A stretch of 64,000 nucleotides of DNA from Octopus sinensis (lineage: Eukaryota), in NCBI RefSeq assembly GCF_006345805.1, contig NC_043011.1, positions 55,998,464 through 56,062,463 of the forward strand. The letters are read 5' to 3'. Shown one piece after another: positions 14,129 through 27,300 of this stretch. Position 1 is the first letter of the stretch. The number at the start of each line of letters is the position of its first letter. Made by a program: the position numbers and the translations under genes. The notes beneath the pieces are model-generated. The model did not search any database, was not told where the DNA came from, and saw only the letters and a program-made list of their open reading frames with translations.

Positions 14129-15822
14129 ATACCACGTAAAAGAATCGTTGTCAACATGGATGATCGCAGTCATACAGGAACGACCCGTGCTGCGGTCACT
14201 GACACCGAATCAATAATCATTATCGATACACACGGCTAATCAATACAGTCTGATATTAGGGTATTTTCACACCTCCGTAGAGGTGCCTAAAAATTGCGAT
14301 TGGCGCCCATTAGGCGCCATCGCGGGGTATTGGGAATAGTTTTCAACTAGCAATAACCACGCCTCGGATAACCCTCATTGGCTATGGTACCGCCTCTGCG
14401 CAAAGCTACCGATTACTGACTAGGGTATAGACTTATACATACTACGTATAGTATCAACTGCTGGTATAGATATTTTATAAACTCTCCAAGTTAATTTACG
14501 TATGGGTATAATGACAATAATTTGAAATAATTGTATTATTATTGTTATTTATAATTGTTTTCAATTAAAATAATAGCATGATATAAAAAAGATATTTATT
14601 AACGTAATGTTTTAAAAATATTACTTTATAGGAAGATTAATTGAACTGGGATGTACATGATTATCTCCCGTGGTCTCTTGCCGGCATCCGCCTTCGTTAA
14701 TTGACTTGTGTCCGTTAAGAACAAATTATCAATTATAAATGATAAGAAATATAAATAAGCAAAAACAAAGAATAAAAAAAAGCCACAAATGAATTAATAT
14801 TTTTGTTTTTATCCTTTATAATACGGCAAAATATACGAATCATGTATACGTCACTTATTTTCGCTAAATAGTTTCTATATTATAATATGTTTTAATTATG
14901 AAATATTATTTTCGATAACATTTTGAAGCGGTTAAAAAACCACAGCGATGTACTGCAATTATTATTATTATTCATTTATATTGGAGTTTATATCTTCAGT
15001 TTAGAAGCGATCTTAAAGAATAGCGTACCGTTTTCCATTTCGCAAACTCAAGATCGTATTTCCGATTCCGTAAGCTTCCGCATTTATTTCAGTTTCGCAA
15101 ATAAATAACAACATTCAAAATAACAGAATTACTTTAGCAACAAAAGATTTAAATGAACGAAGACTTGTTTTCTTATAGCAATGATAACGGTCAATGTTTA
15201 CATCTTGACCCGGAAATGAAAATCCCAAAAATATACTGGAATGGATGTAAAACAATGTGTAGGAAACGAATATAAAAAAAATGCGCGCAAAGCAACGGGA
15301 GGGTGGGGAGAGGACTTTGGAAAATTCACAAGATCCGAGCTTTTCCCTCGTAACATTAAGGAAAATGGGGGTTTTTTTCAATAAAATTTTATAGAAATAC
15401 CTTTCAAACGGCATACATTACGATTATAACGAAATTTGTGGGGGAAAATCTTTTCCAAGAGGGTGGGGATGGGATTTCGGAAAATTCACAAGATCCGAAT
15501 TTTGCGGGTCAAGATGTAGGGGTTAATGTTTAGGTTAGAAAAAGTTATTTATTTACCGTTACATTGTACATACCCAAAACCACCACGGGTTGCAATGTAT
15601 AACTAGTAAATGGAAAAGCATGCAAGGTAAAAAGGAAAGTTAATTTCGGCCTGTATGTGTGTACACGTTCTCGTAGTAGTAACTCACAGATAAAGGTAGA
15701 ATGATGTTGTAAGAGGAAAGAAATTGAGCTCGTAAAAGTTATAGACAAATTCCACCAGTCTCAAAGCAAACTACACATAGAATTTGGTGATTTGGTTCTT
15801 AAAAGTTAGCATGTTCTTATTA

Positions 15823-16335
15823 TCTATATATATAAAACTGTAGTTGTGTGAGTGTCTGTCCCCTTCGATTTAGATTCCTAACTACTCCCACATTTTGCGG
15901 TGCAGTTTAACCAAATTCGAGTATCTTATAGTCGTGATTCATATCGAGCCCGTCTGAGTATTAGCGCGCGTCTACGATGAGTCTACGATTTTATAAATAA
16001 TTTAACATCATTTTTTATTCCATTTTAATGCATAATTTTTCGTGTGTCGATGGCGGCGGAGTTGGCGTCCATGGTCACACCTGCACCTGTTTGCTTCTCC
16101 CCCTTCTTCCCTCCCTCGTGAAGCTATGGGGAAGGGAGTGTAAGGAAATCAACGTCGTAAAGCGTTGTCAAGGAGACCAGCGTTCTTTTAGAACAACGAC
16201 TTCATGGCTTGAAGACACCAAAATAGAAATGGCTAAGAAAGCCCGAATTGGCATCTATAAGGGAAGTAACTCTCTAAAAATGCTTATATAGTTATTTCCC
16301 TTACAAACCCGAGCAACGCCGGGCGATACTGCTAG
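15823..16335 (+). mobile_element. Non-autonomous Helitron (513 bp)
   Basis: 5' A|TCTATATATATAAAA; 3' hairpin CCCGAGCAACGCCGGG (16308-16323) then CTAG|T; inserted between A and T with no TSD. Confidence 0.88.
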
Positions 16336-17439
16336 TATATGTATAAGTTTCTTAATCATTTTGACTTTGTAACACAATAGATATCAAGCAAAAAACCACT
16401 TTATTTGAAAGTTAAAAACTATTGATGCATTTTCAGACAACTTGTTTATATCAATCATACTTATTGATTTCAAATTTTGGCACAAGGCCAGCAAATACAG
16501 GGGAGGGGATAAGTTGATTACATTGACCCCAGTGTTGAACCGGTATTCATTTTATCAACCCCAAAAAGATGAAAGGCAAAGTTGACCTTGGCAGAATTTG
16601 AATTCAGAACATAAAGATGAACAGAATACTGCGAAGCTTTTGCCAGCTCACTGCCTTATGATAATCATGCATGCTTCTATGCCATAATTATGCTTTTCAA
16701 AACACTAACTCACTGATACAGATGTCCTAAAGCTTTAAATTATTTCCTGAAAGAAAGACACACCTAGGTACTGCATGTGGTACTCCATTGAGTATCACAG
16801 GTGTAAAAAAAAATATGAATAAATTATCAGAACAACATATAGATTATTTGGGAAGGAATCTATGTGTTGGATCCCTAATGTTTCCCTTTCCAGTTTTCTG
16901 GCTGCTTCGGCCTCACAAACTCACCTTTATTGATTGCTTCACCTTGAAGCTTTGCAAGTAAACATCAGAATACTGCAGTTGTCCACTTTTGCTACAATTT
17001 TCAAAAATAATGTAAAAAAAAATGTAAATAAGTTATATTTATAATAAGTCTACTTTTGCACAGTTGTGTCTAAGATGTTGCAAATCCTCATTTTCTGGTT
17101 CATCTTTTACATAAATTAGGTCCAAGCTTCTTTTGAAAAATTATATCTTGTGCTAAAGTAAAAGAAAAATTATCTCTAATTATACCACTGACCTCTGACC
17201 TCAGTCACTGTGAATCTTCTCATTCCTATTTTCCTTACATCTCCCCCCCAAACTAAGACTCACCATTCTCCACACCTCCATCTATCTTCACCATTTATTG
17301 CTTTCACTTCTATCCTCATCTCCTTTCACTCTTTCAGAATCCTATCCACCCAGCCATCCCCAATTCTCTGCCCCTATTCTCTCTCTATCCACCTTTTTAT
17401 ACCTTGACGGTGGACCCTAATACCTCATTTCCACCGTTG

Positions 17440-17760
17440 TTTCCCCATTTCCACCGTTGTTTCCCCATTTCCTCCTCCTCCTCCTGCTCTACAGCAAGAC
17501 ACATGTTCCTGTCCCTTTCTAATTTACCTCTCTTCACCAGTCACAAAGCCACCTCTGTCAATATTGTACTCCCATCTCAACTCTGGGAAATGATTTTGTC
17601 TTGCAGTAGTTTGCAGCCTGATACCTTCCTTGATGTCAAATCTTGTCTCCAAGCAAAGGAATTTATTCCATGTCTTTGTATATCAAAGCAGTGTTGGACC
17701 TTTCATTTATGTAGGGCAAATACAATGTCACCACTGTCCAAGAGGTGTCAGTATAAACAC
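17440..17760 (+). mobile_element. Degraded Penelope-like GIY-YIG fragment
   Basis: Frameshifted NLV...LFHVFVYQSSVGPFIYVGQIQ resembles the NLVYCI.C..C...YVGQT motif. Confidence 0.4.
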
Positions 17761-17848
17761 ACAAAGAGGCAAATACACACACACACAGATATACACAGAG
17801 AGAGACATGGAGGGGAAGAGAAAGAATGGGAAAGACAAAAACCTTGTA

Positions 17849-18659
17849 CAAGGTGGTATCAAAAGGTTCCCAGACTAGTTTTAATAAAAAAAAATAATTT
17901 ATTCACCTAAATTTTAACATCATCTCCTTTGAAATGGTCCCCTTGCACAGCAATACACTGGTGCCAGTGTTCCTGTCACTTTTGGAATCTGGCCTGGAAA
18001 TCATTTTCTGTGAGTGAAGAACATTCTGCAATTTGCTCTTGATCTCAACAATGGTGTTTAAACGGTGACTTTTGAGCTACATTTTCATCTTGAGGAAGAA
18101 ATGGAAGTTCGCAGGTGCTAAATTTGGTGAATAGGGTGGGCGCAGAAGTGGTACCATGCTGTTTTTGGCAAAATACTCATGAGTAAGGAGAGCCTGATGC
18201 TCCACAGATCTGGTCGCTTTTGTTGAATGACATACTTCAAAGCGTCGCAGTAGATCTCTCAATTGACAGTTGGGCCCTGAGGGATGAATTCTTGATGCAC
18301 AATACTACATTTCTGAGGGTGATGCTCATGGCAGGACTTCCAGGGACTTTCTTCTGCTTTTGAAGTGCCTGTGCCACTCAAAACATTGTGTATGATCCAA
18401 TGTGTCTGTAGCAGACTTCCCAAGTTTAACACAAGATTTCATTCCGTCTCTTTGTTTCTGTCCGTGACAAAATCACAGACTATAGCAGACACGTGATCAC
18501 AAAAACACAAATTTCACAATTTGCAAAATAAACGCAACAATGACACTCAGCACACAGCCTCCTGAATGTAACTGCTAGCTGTCACTGTGCAATTAGCCAT
18601 GTGCTGCCATCTGTTGGCACACTACAGAACTAGGCCGGAAGATTTTTGATATCACCTCG
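17849..18659 (-). mobile_element. Internally deleted mariner with TIRs
   Basis: TA|CAAGGTGGTATCAAAAGGTTCCCAGACTAGT ... ACTAGGCCGGAAGATTTTTGATATCACCTCG|TA; PPYSPNLAPANFHFF motif. Confidence 0.88.
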
Positions 18660-19104
18660 TATTTATTCAATATATATATATATTGATTAATGATATTTGA
18701 TTTAATTTTATTAATACAGAATACCTCAGATACACAGAACCAATGCCAACCACCACCATCACCACCTTTATATGGTTGCACATTACATATGATAAACCAA
18801 GCAATTTGGTGCTATTATCAGTGAAAGAATGTACGAATTTTGCTAAGAGATGTACTATCAGCCTTATTTTTGTGTGTAGATGTTTATTTATAATTTATTC
18901 CAGTGAAGCTTAAATGAGGAAGGAGACACCAATAAAACATCTTCTTTACCAAGTGTAGTGGTAGAGCACTTATAGACTATGGTTTCCCAAAAGCACTAGT
19001 TATTAATTGGACATATTAATTTATGGCAGAAGTTACATAGAGCAAACTCAGTTTGATTCTTGGTAGATATGATGGGCCCATCTCGGGTGTCATTAATTGT
19101 CTTA

Positions 19105-19800
19105 TAATTAGAATTAGGTGCATCAATCATCATCATTGTTTGACTGTGGTCGAGACAATGGAATTTACTATGTTACGCCAGACTTCACGGTCCATCATAG
19201 CATTACGGAGGTCCCGTCGCTGGATGCCTGTATCCCTGGAGATTACATCAGGGTAGGAGAGTGTGCACCCTCAGGTATCGCGAGCATATGACTTCCAGAG
19301 GAGAAGAGTAGAAATTACCTCTTTTTCAGCTCTACAACAATGTCCAGCAAACTTGACTCTTCTACCTTTCGCAAGAGATGATACAGGTGGTTATTTTCCC
19401 ATATATTTGTACTTCAGTTTGAGCTCTCATAAGGAGGCGAGTGTAGGTTCCATCCAACCGCCTCTCAAACTTCTTTGATAATGTCCAGGTTTCTGAGTCA
19501 TATCGTAGAATTGGTTTGACTGTGGTCTTGAAGATTTTAAGTTTGAAATCTCTACTTAGATTTGCTGACCAGATCTTTACAGGCTGACCAGGCCATACCC
19601 TTTCTAGTTAGAAAATCTTTTTCAGATGATGATATGTATGACCCAAGATATTTGTAATCAGAAACCATATTTAAGAGCATATTGTTGAGAGTATGGATGA
19701 TGAAATCACTGTTGGACAGGCACTTGTTTACATATTCAGTCTTGGACTCATTGAGGTAAAGACCTTTAATTGGATAGGGGTGGTAGCATGAGATGTGCAG
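19105..19800 (-). mobile_element. RTE-group LINE C-terminal fragment
   Basis: LYLNESKTEY...DYKYLGSYISSSEKDFLTRKGMAWSAC...YPDVISRDTGI; frameshifted. Confidence 0.8.
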
Positions 19801-20624
19801 TCAGTCGTTATTAATTTTACAATTTAATTTGCCCAAGTTAAATCTTGCTATCTACATGTGTGTGTGTAGTAAATCACTTTCTATTTATGTATGTATGTAT
19901 CTATCTATCTGTCTATACAAGTATGCATACATACACACTCATGCACACGCACACACACACAAAGCACCCATGCTGGTGTCACATAAACAGACAACTGGAG
20001 CCTGGGCTGTTCTTTGGCTGGTCAGTTCCTACCAAACCATCCAGTCCAAGCCAGCATGGAAAACGGACGTTAAATGATGATGATGATGACACACACACAC
20101 AAGACATTGGTCAGCCTGGAGTTATAGGTGCCAAAAAAAGGTGCCGTGCAGTGGGACTGAACCCAAAACCACATGGTTACAAAGTGAGCTTCTTCAACAC
20201 ACAGCTATCACTGTGCTATGATAATTTTCCTGTTCTGTGGAGATAGGTCCCTCGTCTGAGATGCCACATGCATGACACTTTCTTCAACGGCAACCTTGTA
20301 CGTTCAGTTTGTAACCCAGGCTCGGCTGCTTGTCTGCTCGAGAAGAGCAAACTGTCAAAATATTGACCACTCCCCGACAGGTCTGTGGCAGTGGAGACCT
20401 CCAGCCCCCAGAAGACATCCGTAGTCACTAATATTGGGGTGGATATGACTAGCTGCAAGTGTGGTCCCCGTAAGTGAGAGGGCTGTTTCAGCGCATCTCC
20501 CTTGTTATCCTCTGAGGCAACCCCTTTCCCATTTTGTCAGCAGGGATCATGAGACAGTCTGAAGAGCCCTTTTTTTTTATAGATATTACTTGTTACTTTC
20601 TGTTAATATATGATATCAGTGCCC

Positions 20625-21285
20625 CATAAAATTGAGCGCCTTTTCAAACTCCACCTGTCTAACACCCATGGACATGTTTACAAAGTCAGAAAACAGCACA
20701 GCTCCCATGACTTTAGGAAACATTTTTTCACGCTGAGAGTTGCTGAAGCATGGAACAAACTGTCGGAGCACTGCATCCTTCAAAACTTCCATGCTTCCTG
20801 AGATTCGTCAACACTACACCTGATTTTCTCCCCTCCATACACACGCAAGCATGTATCTGACTCATACACTGTTCGCTTTCCAGACATTTGTTTGTTTGTT
20901 CCTTCTCGAACCATGCCTAGCTCATAAGGGCCGGTTTCCCAGTTTCTTGGCATATAGGTTCCCCACCAGGATGGGACGCCCATCCGTCGCAGGTGAGCTG
21001 CAAGAGGAAAGAGAGAGAGAAAGTTGTGGCGAAAGAGTCAGCAGAAATCTCACCATTACCTTCTGCCGGAGTCGCGTGGAGCTTAGGTGTTTCGCTCATA
21101 AACACACACATTGCCCAGTCTGAGATTCGAACCCACGATCCCTCGACTGCAAGTCTGCTGCTCTAACCACTAGGCCATGTGCCTCGACAGACATTTGTAC
21201 ATTACTGCACATGCTTTATATGCACTTTTGACAAGTTGTCGTGCACCTGAGCACTGTATACAATCATTTCATTATTATTATTATT
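20625..21285 (+). mobile_element. CR1 3' end interrupted by a SINE
   Basis: HGHVYKVRKQHSSHDFRKHFFTLRVAEAWNKL plus 3' UTR; an uninterrupted UTR copy lies at about 50090-50290. Confidence 0.85.
20892..21187 (-). mobile_element. tRNA-derived SINE with V-domain-like centre and 11-bp TSD
   Basis: A box TGGCCTAGTGG, B box GGTTCGAATCT, CCTGCGACGGATGGGCGTCCCATCC, (AAAC)n tail; TSD CAGACATTTGT at 20881 and 21188. Confidence 0.88.
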
Positions 21286-21754
21286 ATTTTAACTCAGGAG
21301 TTGTATAACACAGCATGAAAAATTACTTCCTTCTTCCCTGCCTGCAATGACTTACTCTAATTCCACATTCAAACTTACTCCTGTAGACATATGGGCTTTC
21401 CCAGTTGCTGTCTCTGTTCGCAATGTGTGGTAAGTAGCTTGCTTACCAACCACATGGTTCCGGGTTCAATCCCACTGCGTGGCCTCTTGGGCAAGTGTAT
21501 ATGTGTGTATATGTTTGTGTGTCTGTGTTTGTCCCCCACACCACCACCACCACCACCAACATCGCTTGACAACCGTTGCTGGTGTGTTAACGTCCCCGTA
21601 ACTTAGCAGTTCGGTAAGGGAGATCCGATAGAGTAAGTGCTGGGTTTACAAAGAATAAATCCTGGGAGTCGATTTGCTCGACTAAAAAAAAGGCGGTGCT
21701 CCAGCATGGGCACAATCACTTGACTGAAACAAGTAAAAGAGAAAAAGTAAAAGA

Positions 21755-21786
<32 letters not shown>

Positions 21787-21873
21787 AAAAATATTTCTTT
21801 GGGTAAAAACCTCTTCTAACAATCGACGTCTACAAACTTACGCTTCATGTTGGAGTTAAGAGTTATCTCCCAT

Positions 21874-21919
21874 GTTACCTGAGTTACAGTTATAAACATT
21901 ATTTGGGAGATTATAAACA
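21874..21919 (+). promoter_or_regulatory. Candidate CFAP58 proximal promoter: RFX X-box-like site plus two forkhead sites
   Basis: GTTACC-TG-AGTTAC (21874-21887) is one mismatch from GTNRCC(N0-3)RGYAAC. ATAAACA occurs at 21892 and 21913, 20-65 nt upstream of the candidate ATG. Confidence 0.4.
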
Positions 21920-21938
21920 TCGTATAAAAACATCCACG

Positions 21939-21947
21939 ATGGAGGAG
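21939..21947 (+). CDS. CFAP58: CFAP58 candidate coding exon 1 (M-E-E)
   Basis: ccacgATGGAGGAG|GTTAGC: good Kozak context (A at -3, G at +4) and a phase-0 donor matching the phase-0 acceptor at 24778. Human CFAP58 begins MAE followed by EK. The donor is non-optimal. Confidence 0.55.
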
Positions 21948-21978
21948 GTTAGCTCTCTTTTTTTATATATACTCACGC

Positions 21979-22019
<41 letters not shown>

Positions 22020-22089
22020 TTATTTGTTTCATATATATTCATTTATTTATGTTGTCTGTGTCATGTTACATATATAACGTATTTTTTCT

Positions 22090-22149
<60 letters not shown>

Positions 22150-24044
22150 ACGTATCTTTCAGTCTGTTGAGGGTGATCTAAGAACTCTTCAGTCAACGTA
22201 ATGATCGTAAAGCTCGTTATTGTTGTTGTTGCTGTTGTCATTTAACCCCAGGTCGTCCCGAATCGAGCAAAGCTATGATCAAAGGTGTTTCAGCCATCAC
22301 CGCTCTATCTGTTATTCATGCGTTGTGTACCTTAGGTTACCTTATTAAATGCATCCTTTTTTTGGCTGCTATTTCTAGCACGAGTAACCACGTAGAAGCT
22401 CCCACATTATTATTGTTGTTGCTGTTGAGCGAACGGTCTTCGTCCCAGAGCTAGCAAGATGGGGGAAGTTCGAAACGTGGCCCTTTGCTAATTCGTAAGA
22501 CCCGCAGAAGAAAAAGCAGGTCAACTCCCGACACCGAGAGCATCAACGGATGGATGAATGCGCATCCAGGCTCAGCGGTTGCGTAGGAAGTCGGGGAGGA
22601 CAAGAAACAGGAAGAAAGAGTGAGAGAAAGTTTGAGCGAAAGAGCGCAACAGGGGTCGCCCCCCCCCCCCTGCCGGAGCCCCGTGGAGCTTTTAGGTGTT
22701 TTCGCTCAATAAACACACACAACGCCCGGTCTGGGAATCGAAACCGCGATCCTCTGATCGCGAGTCCGCTGCCCTAACCATTGGGCCATTGCGCCTCCAC
22801 TATTGTTGTATAGGATACATTCTCATATCTAGGGTTCGATTCCTAGTTGGCTAATGTTGTCAAGGTTTTTGAGGAAAAGTATGAATATCACATATTTCTC
22901 TCTCTCTCTCTCTGAATGTGTTTGCCCCTCACTTTTTCTCTCCCCCGCTCTTCCCCTATCTCTGCCTTTTCTTACCCCGTCTCTCCCACCCCCTCTGTGA
23001 GCGAGAGGATTATTATTTGTTTTTTTTCCTTTGTTACTTTTTGGCTCCGGAGGGAAGAGGCGTTGGCCACGACTATTGCGATCGTTCCTTTCCTAAATTG
23101 GTGAGATTTGACGTTGTTCCTGTTTTTCTTGACGCTTGATGGCGGAGGTGGGTGGGTGGGGAAGAATTGTAGAGGGAGATGGTTCTGGGAAGGAAAGACT
23201 GTGTGTAGGGATTGTTGTGTATCATGAAGGTGAACTCAGGAGGGGGGTTGTGAGGAGGAGAGGGAAGTGGGTCAAAAATACATGCGGTGGGGGTGGAGGC
23301 TGAGGGTAAGTGGCAACCAGGTCTGAGGAACAGAAGCCATTATTGTATGGGAGAGGGAGAGGAAACAGACAGACAGACTGACTGACTGGCAGGCAGAATG
23401 GATCTATAATCAAAGACATTCTGGCCATGAACATCTCATCTTTCCCCTCCAGTCTTGACAAGAAATCTTAAGAAAGGAAACTATATATAATAAATGTATG
23501 TACACACATACATACATACATACATATATACATGCATGCATGCATACATACATGCTTCCGTACATACATACATACATATGATAAATGTATGTATGTATGT
23601 ATGTATGTATGTATGTACGGAAGCATGTATGTATGTGTGTGTGTGTATGTATGTGAGTGTGTGTATGTATGTATGTGTGTATGTATGTATATATGTATGT
23701 ATGTATGTATGCATGTATGTATGTATGTATGTGTGTGTTTGTATGTATGGAATCCAGTACAAGCTGATGCATGGTTGGGCTGTTGGCAACAGACCATGTC
23801 TCTTGGAAAAGGCACTCTGGACATCTTGGGGTCTTTTGTTTGCACTTGAGATCATGGTTGAGCTCATGTTCCTGAGATTCTGACCTATATAGGCACCAGA
23901 TATCTTATGTTGGGTTGTCCTTGGATCATGCCGATAGGGTTCTATGAGGTGTCAGGAAATGTTGCATGGACATTGCTGCTTGAGTGCACAATGTCTTTAA
24001 TGGTCAGTGAGGGTGTTCTACTGTCAAAAGTAGAAAGCCATCGT

Positions 24045-24082
<38 letters not shown>

Positions 24083-24264
24083 GCGGTATTTCGTCTGCCG
24101 TTACGTTCTGAGTTCAAGTTCCGCTGAGGTCGACTTTGCCTTTCATCCTTTCGGGGTCGATAAATAAAGTACCTGTTATGCACTGGGGTCGATATAATCG
24201 ACTTAATCCCTTTGTCTGTCCTTGTTTATCCCCTCTGTGTTTAGCCCCTTGTGGGCAATAAAGA

Positions 24265-24360
<96 letters not shown>

Positions 24361-27300
24361 GTGTGTGAGTACATCTGCATGCAGAACTATATTTCAAATT
24401 AATGTTCTTCCTGTTTTTGTTATTTGACTTTCTTTGAGGTTTTACCATTTTTGGTTTGTTTAACACTTCACATGATTGTTTAAGATCCGAGGCTCTTCCA
24501 ACAGAGAAGTCTTGTTAAATGGATATCACTATAAACATATGTTGCTCTGTTCATTCTATTCATAATACATTCCTTTTGTAAAGTATTGCAGTTAGTTACA
24601 ATTCTTCATTTCTCGAAAGAGATCCATCTTCAAATGAGATGAAAAAAAACTTAGATTTGCTCATTTGGCAAAGTCTCCTCTCAGGTCACGTTGTTCTGGT
24701 TTCCTTTGTTGATGTTGTTTATTCAAAGTGTAAAGACAGATTTCATCCATCTAAAAGTGTTTTTATATACTTTACAGGAAAAAAAAGAGGAGACAGACAG
24801 CCAAAAGGAGGAAGAGAAACCGCCCGAGGAAGAGAAGTTACCAGAAGAAAAAAAGAAACCAGCTGATAAAGACAAAGCGGTTGATAAGAGCAAACCAGTT
24901 GAGAAAGGCAAAAAAGCTGCCGATGAGAAAACAGTCGAGGAGGAGGTCATGTTTAAAAGTATGGATGATAATTTATCAGAAGTAAGCATAAATTTTGTGA
25001 ATTATCGTTTTTAGTCAACTGCTTCTGGTCAAATTCACAATGTTATCTGACAACCAGTTTACAATGTAGCAGCTTGTGGATTCTCATCAGCACAATACTG
25101 GAACCATTCCACTTGGAAGCAAATAATAGCAGAGTGTTAGAGTGTTAAAGTGATATCTTAATGAATTTCATAAAGTTAATGAATTTCCAATGCTGCCACA
25201 ATTGTTGCCCTACATACACACAACAAGAAAATGGGATCTTTTCGGTTTGACTGGCAGTTTTTTTTCTAGCAGTATCATATGAAATTGTCACCCATAATTA
25301 TGACCCTAGTATCGATCTATTGCATTTCAATCTGTTTTAGGGTTAGGGTTAGGGCTGGGGGGAAGGGTATCTTTTTTTCTTCGCAAATGTAAATAAACCC
25401 AATCTGTTTCTTAAACGAGGGACATATTCATACGGCACAGAATGTTTTCACCTCAATAGACATCATTGATTGGTTGAAATTACAGAGATTGAAGAAAAAT
25501 AACAACAAATATCTTACAAACTATAGAATTTTCTCAATAAAGCCAAGAGAAAAAGATGTTTTATAAACACATTCTACCAGTATACGAAGTTTAAAAGTGT
25601 TTAGTTACGTGTAAATTATTTTTAAAAACTGCCGTTCAAACCGAAAAGATCCAGAAAATGAAGTTCACGTTTAGAAGCAGATTTGACTAACAACAAGTGG
25701 ACTTAGGGTTAGGGTTGCTCCCTTTTAATTCTCAAAGCATTTCTGTTGATTCTTTAATGCTCCTTGGTAATGAGTCCAAAATCATCAGTGAATTTGAGAT
25801 GATTTAGTACGCATCCATTTGCATTTATTCTCTTATCTGACCTTTTCTGATGTGAATAATTTGGAAATTACGATGTTTCCTTGTCAGACTCTGTTACTAA
25901 TTTTGTTTGTTTGTTTGTATGTCTCTTTTATTTTTTAATTATTATAAATCTTCCACCGAAGAGAGAGAGCTGGTTTCCAACAAAGATACAAGGCTCCATC
26001 TTTGGGATGTAGTTAACAGGGAAAAATTCACATTTGGAACTTGAGAAAAGTCTTGCATATTTTTACTGTTCCACTTACAGATGTGTATGTATGTATGTAT
26101 GTATGTATGTATGTATGTAGGTAGGTAGGTAGATACACACACACACAAATACATAAGTATATATGCACAAGAAAGACTGTAAGAGATAGATCCGGTTGAC
26201 TTGTTAGAAATAGCAGCCAAAAACCGCCCCTGTTACCATAACCTGTCGTCTTTAAAAATTAAAAAAAATAGTGCCAGAATAAGTGACCGGGTGGCAGTTG
26301 CAGCTGGCCTCGACGACGGCGGTGGCGGCGACTACCACCACCGGTAACAGCACCAGTAGTGGAGGCGCAATGGCCCAGTGGTTAGGGCAGCGGACTCGCG
26401 ATCGGAGGATCGCGGTTTCGATTCCCAGACCGGGCGTTTGTGTGTTTATTGAGCGAAAACACCTAAAGCTCCACGAGGCTCCGGCAGGGGTGGTGGGTGG
26501 CGACCCCTGTTGTACTCTTTCGCTCCAACTTTCTCTCACTCTTTCTTCCTGTTTCTTGTCCCCGACTTCCTACGCAACCGCTGAGCCTGGATGCTCATTC
26601 ATCCATCCGTCGATGCTCTCGGTGTCGGGGGTTGATCTGCTTTCTCTTCTGCGGGTCTTACGAATAGCAAAGGACCACGTTTCGGACCTCTCCCAAGGGA
26701 ACTAAGACCGCTACGCTCAACAAACAAACAAACAAAGCAACAGCACCACTAAGAGCGGCGGCGGCGGTTATCTCGGCGCTGGAAAGAGCTAAGATTTGCA
26801 AAAAACATCGAAGTAGGTCCCTCAAATACACGGCTAGCTCTCAGCTGCCTGTAAGAGAGTTATAAGCAGCGATTTGAACCACAAAAGTAAAGAAAAAGTT
26901 GAGCATCCATTCCTATTGTTGACATTTAAGATAGCTCCTCTCTGCCAACCCTTATCCACCCGGTTCATAATTTGTGGCGTTCCAGCCTTGATCATCCTCA
27001 AGCAGTCGACAACATTATGCAGTGTGGGCCCCTTTATGTTTTTAGTTAGAAGGGTGTAATTTAAAATAGATTTGGCTGCTATTTTAAGCAAGTCAAATTA
27101 CGTTACCATGGAGAATTACTGTCATAGATTCGTTTAAGATAAAATGAATTATAAAACTTCAAAGGGAGTATACACCTTCTAAGAAGCTACAACTTACCCC
27201 CCTTGTAGCAATAACTTTTTTTTTCGGGAATGTAATTCGTGTTCAAAGATTCTTTTGGAACGAAAAGAAAATGCACGCGTGCGCACATACACGCACACAC

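Noticed and set aside
25335-25356. (TTAGGG)3 as interstitial telomere (also 25705, 52805)
   Set aside because: Only 2-3 units, and the main one is internal to a MITE.
26359-26436. tRNA gene
   Set aside because: The tRNA-like A/B-box head runs into a SINE body with tail and TSD; no complete cloverleaf.
27102-27116. X-box-like GTTACCATGGAGAAT in intron 2
   Set aside because: The second half-site has at least 2 mismatches and there are no supporting promoter features.
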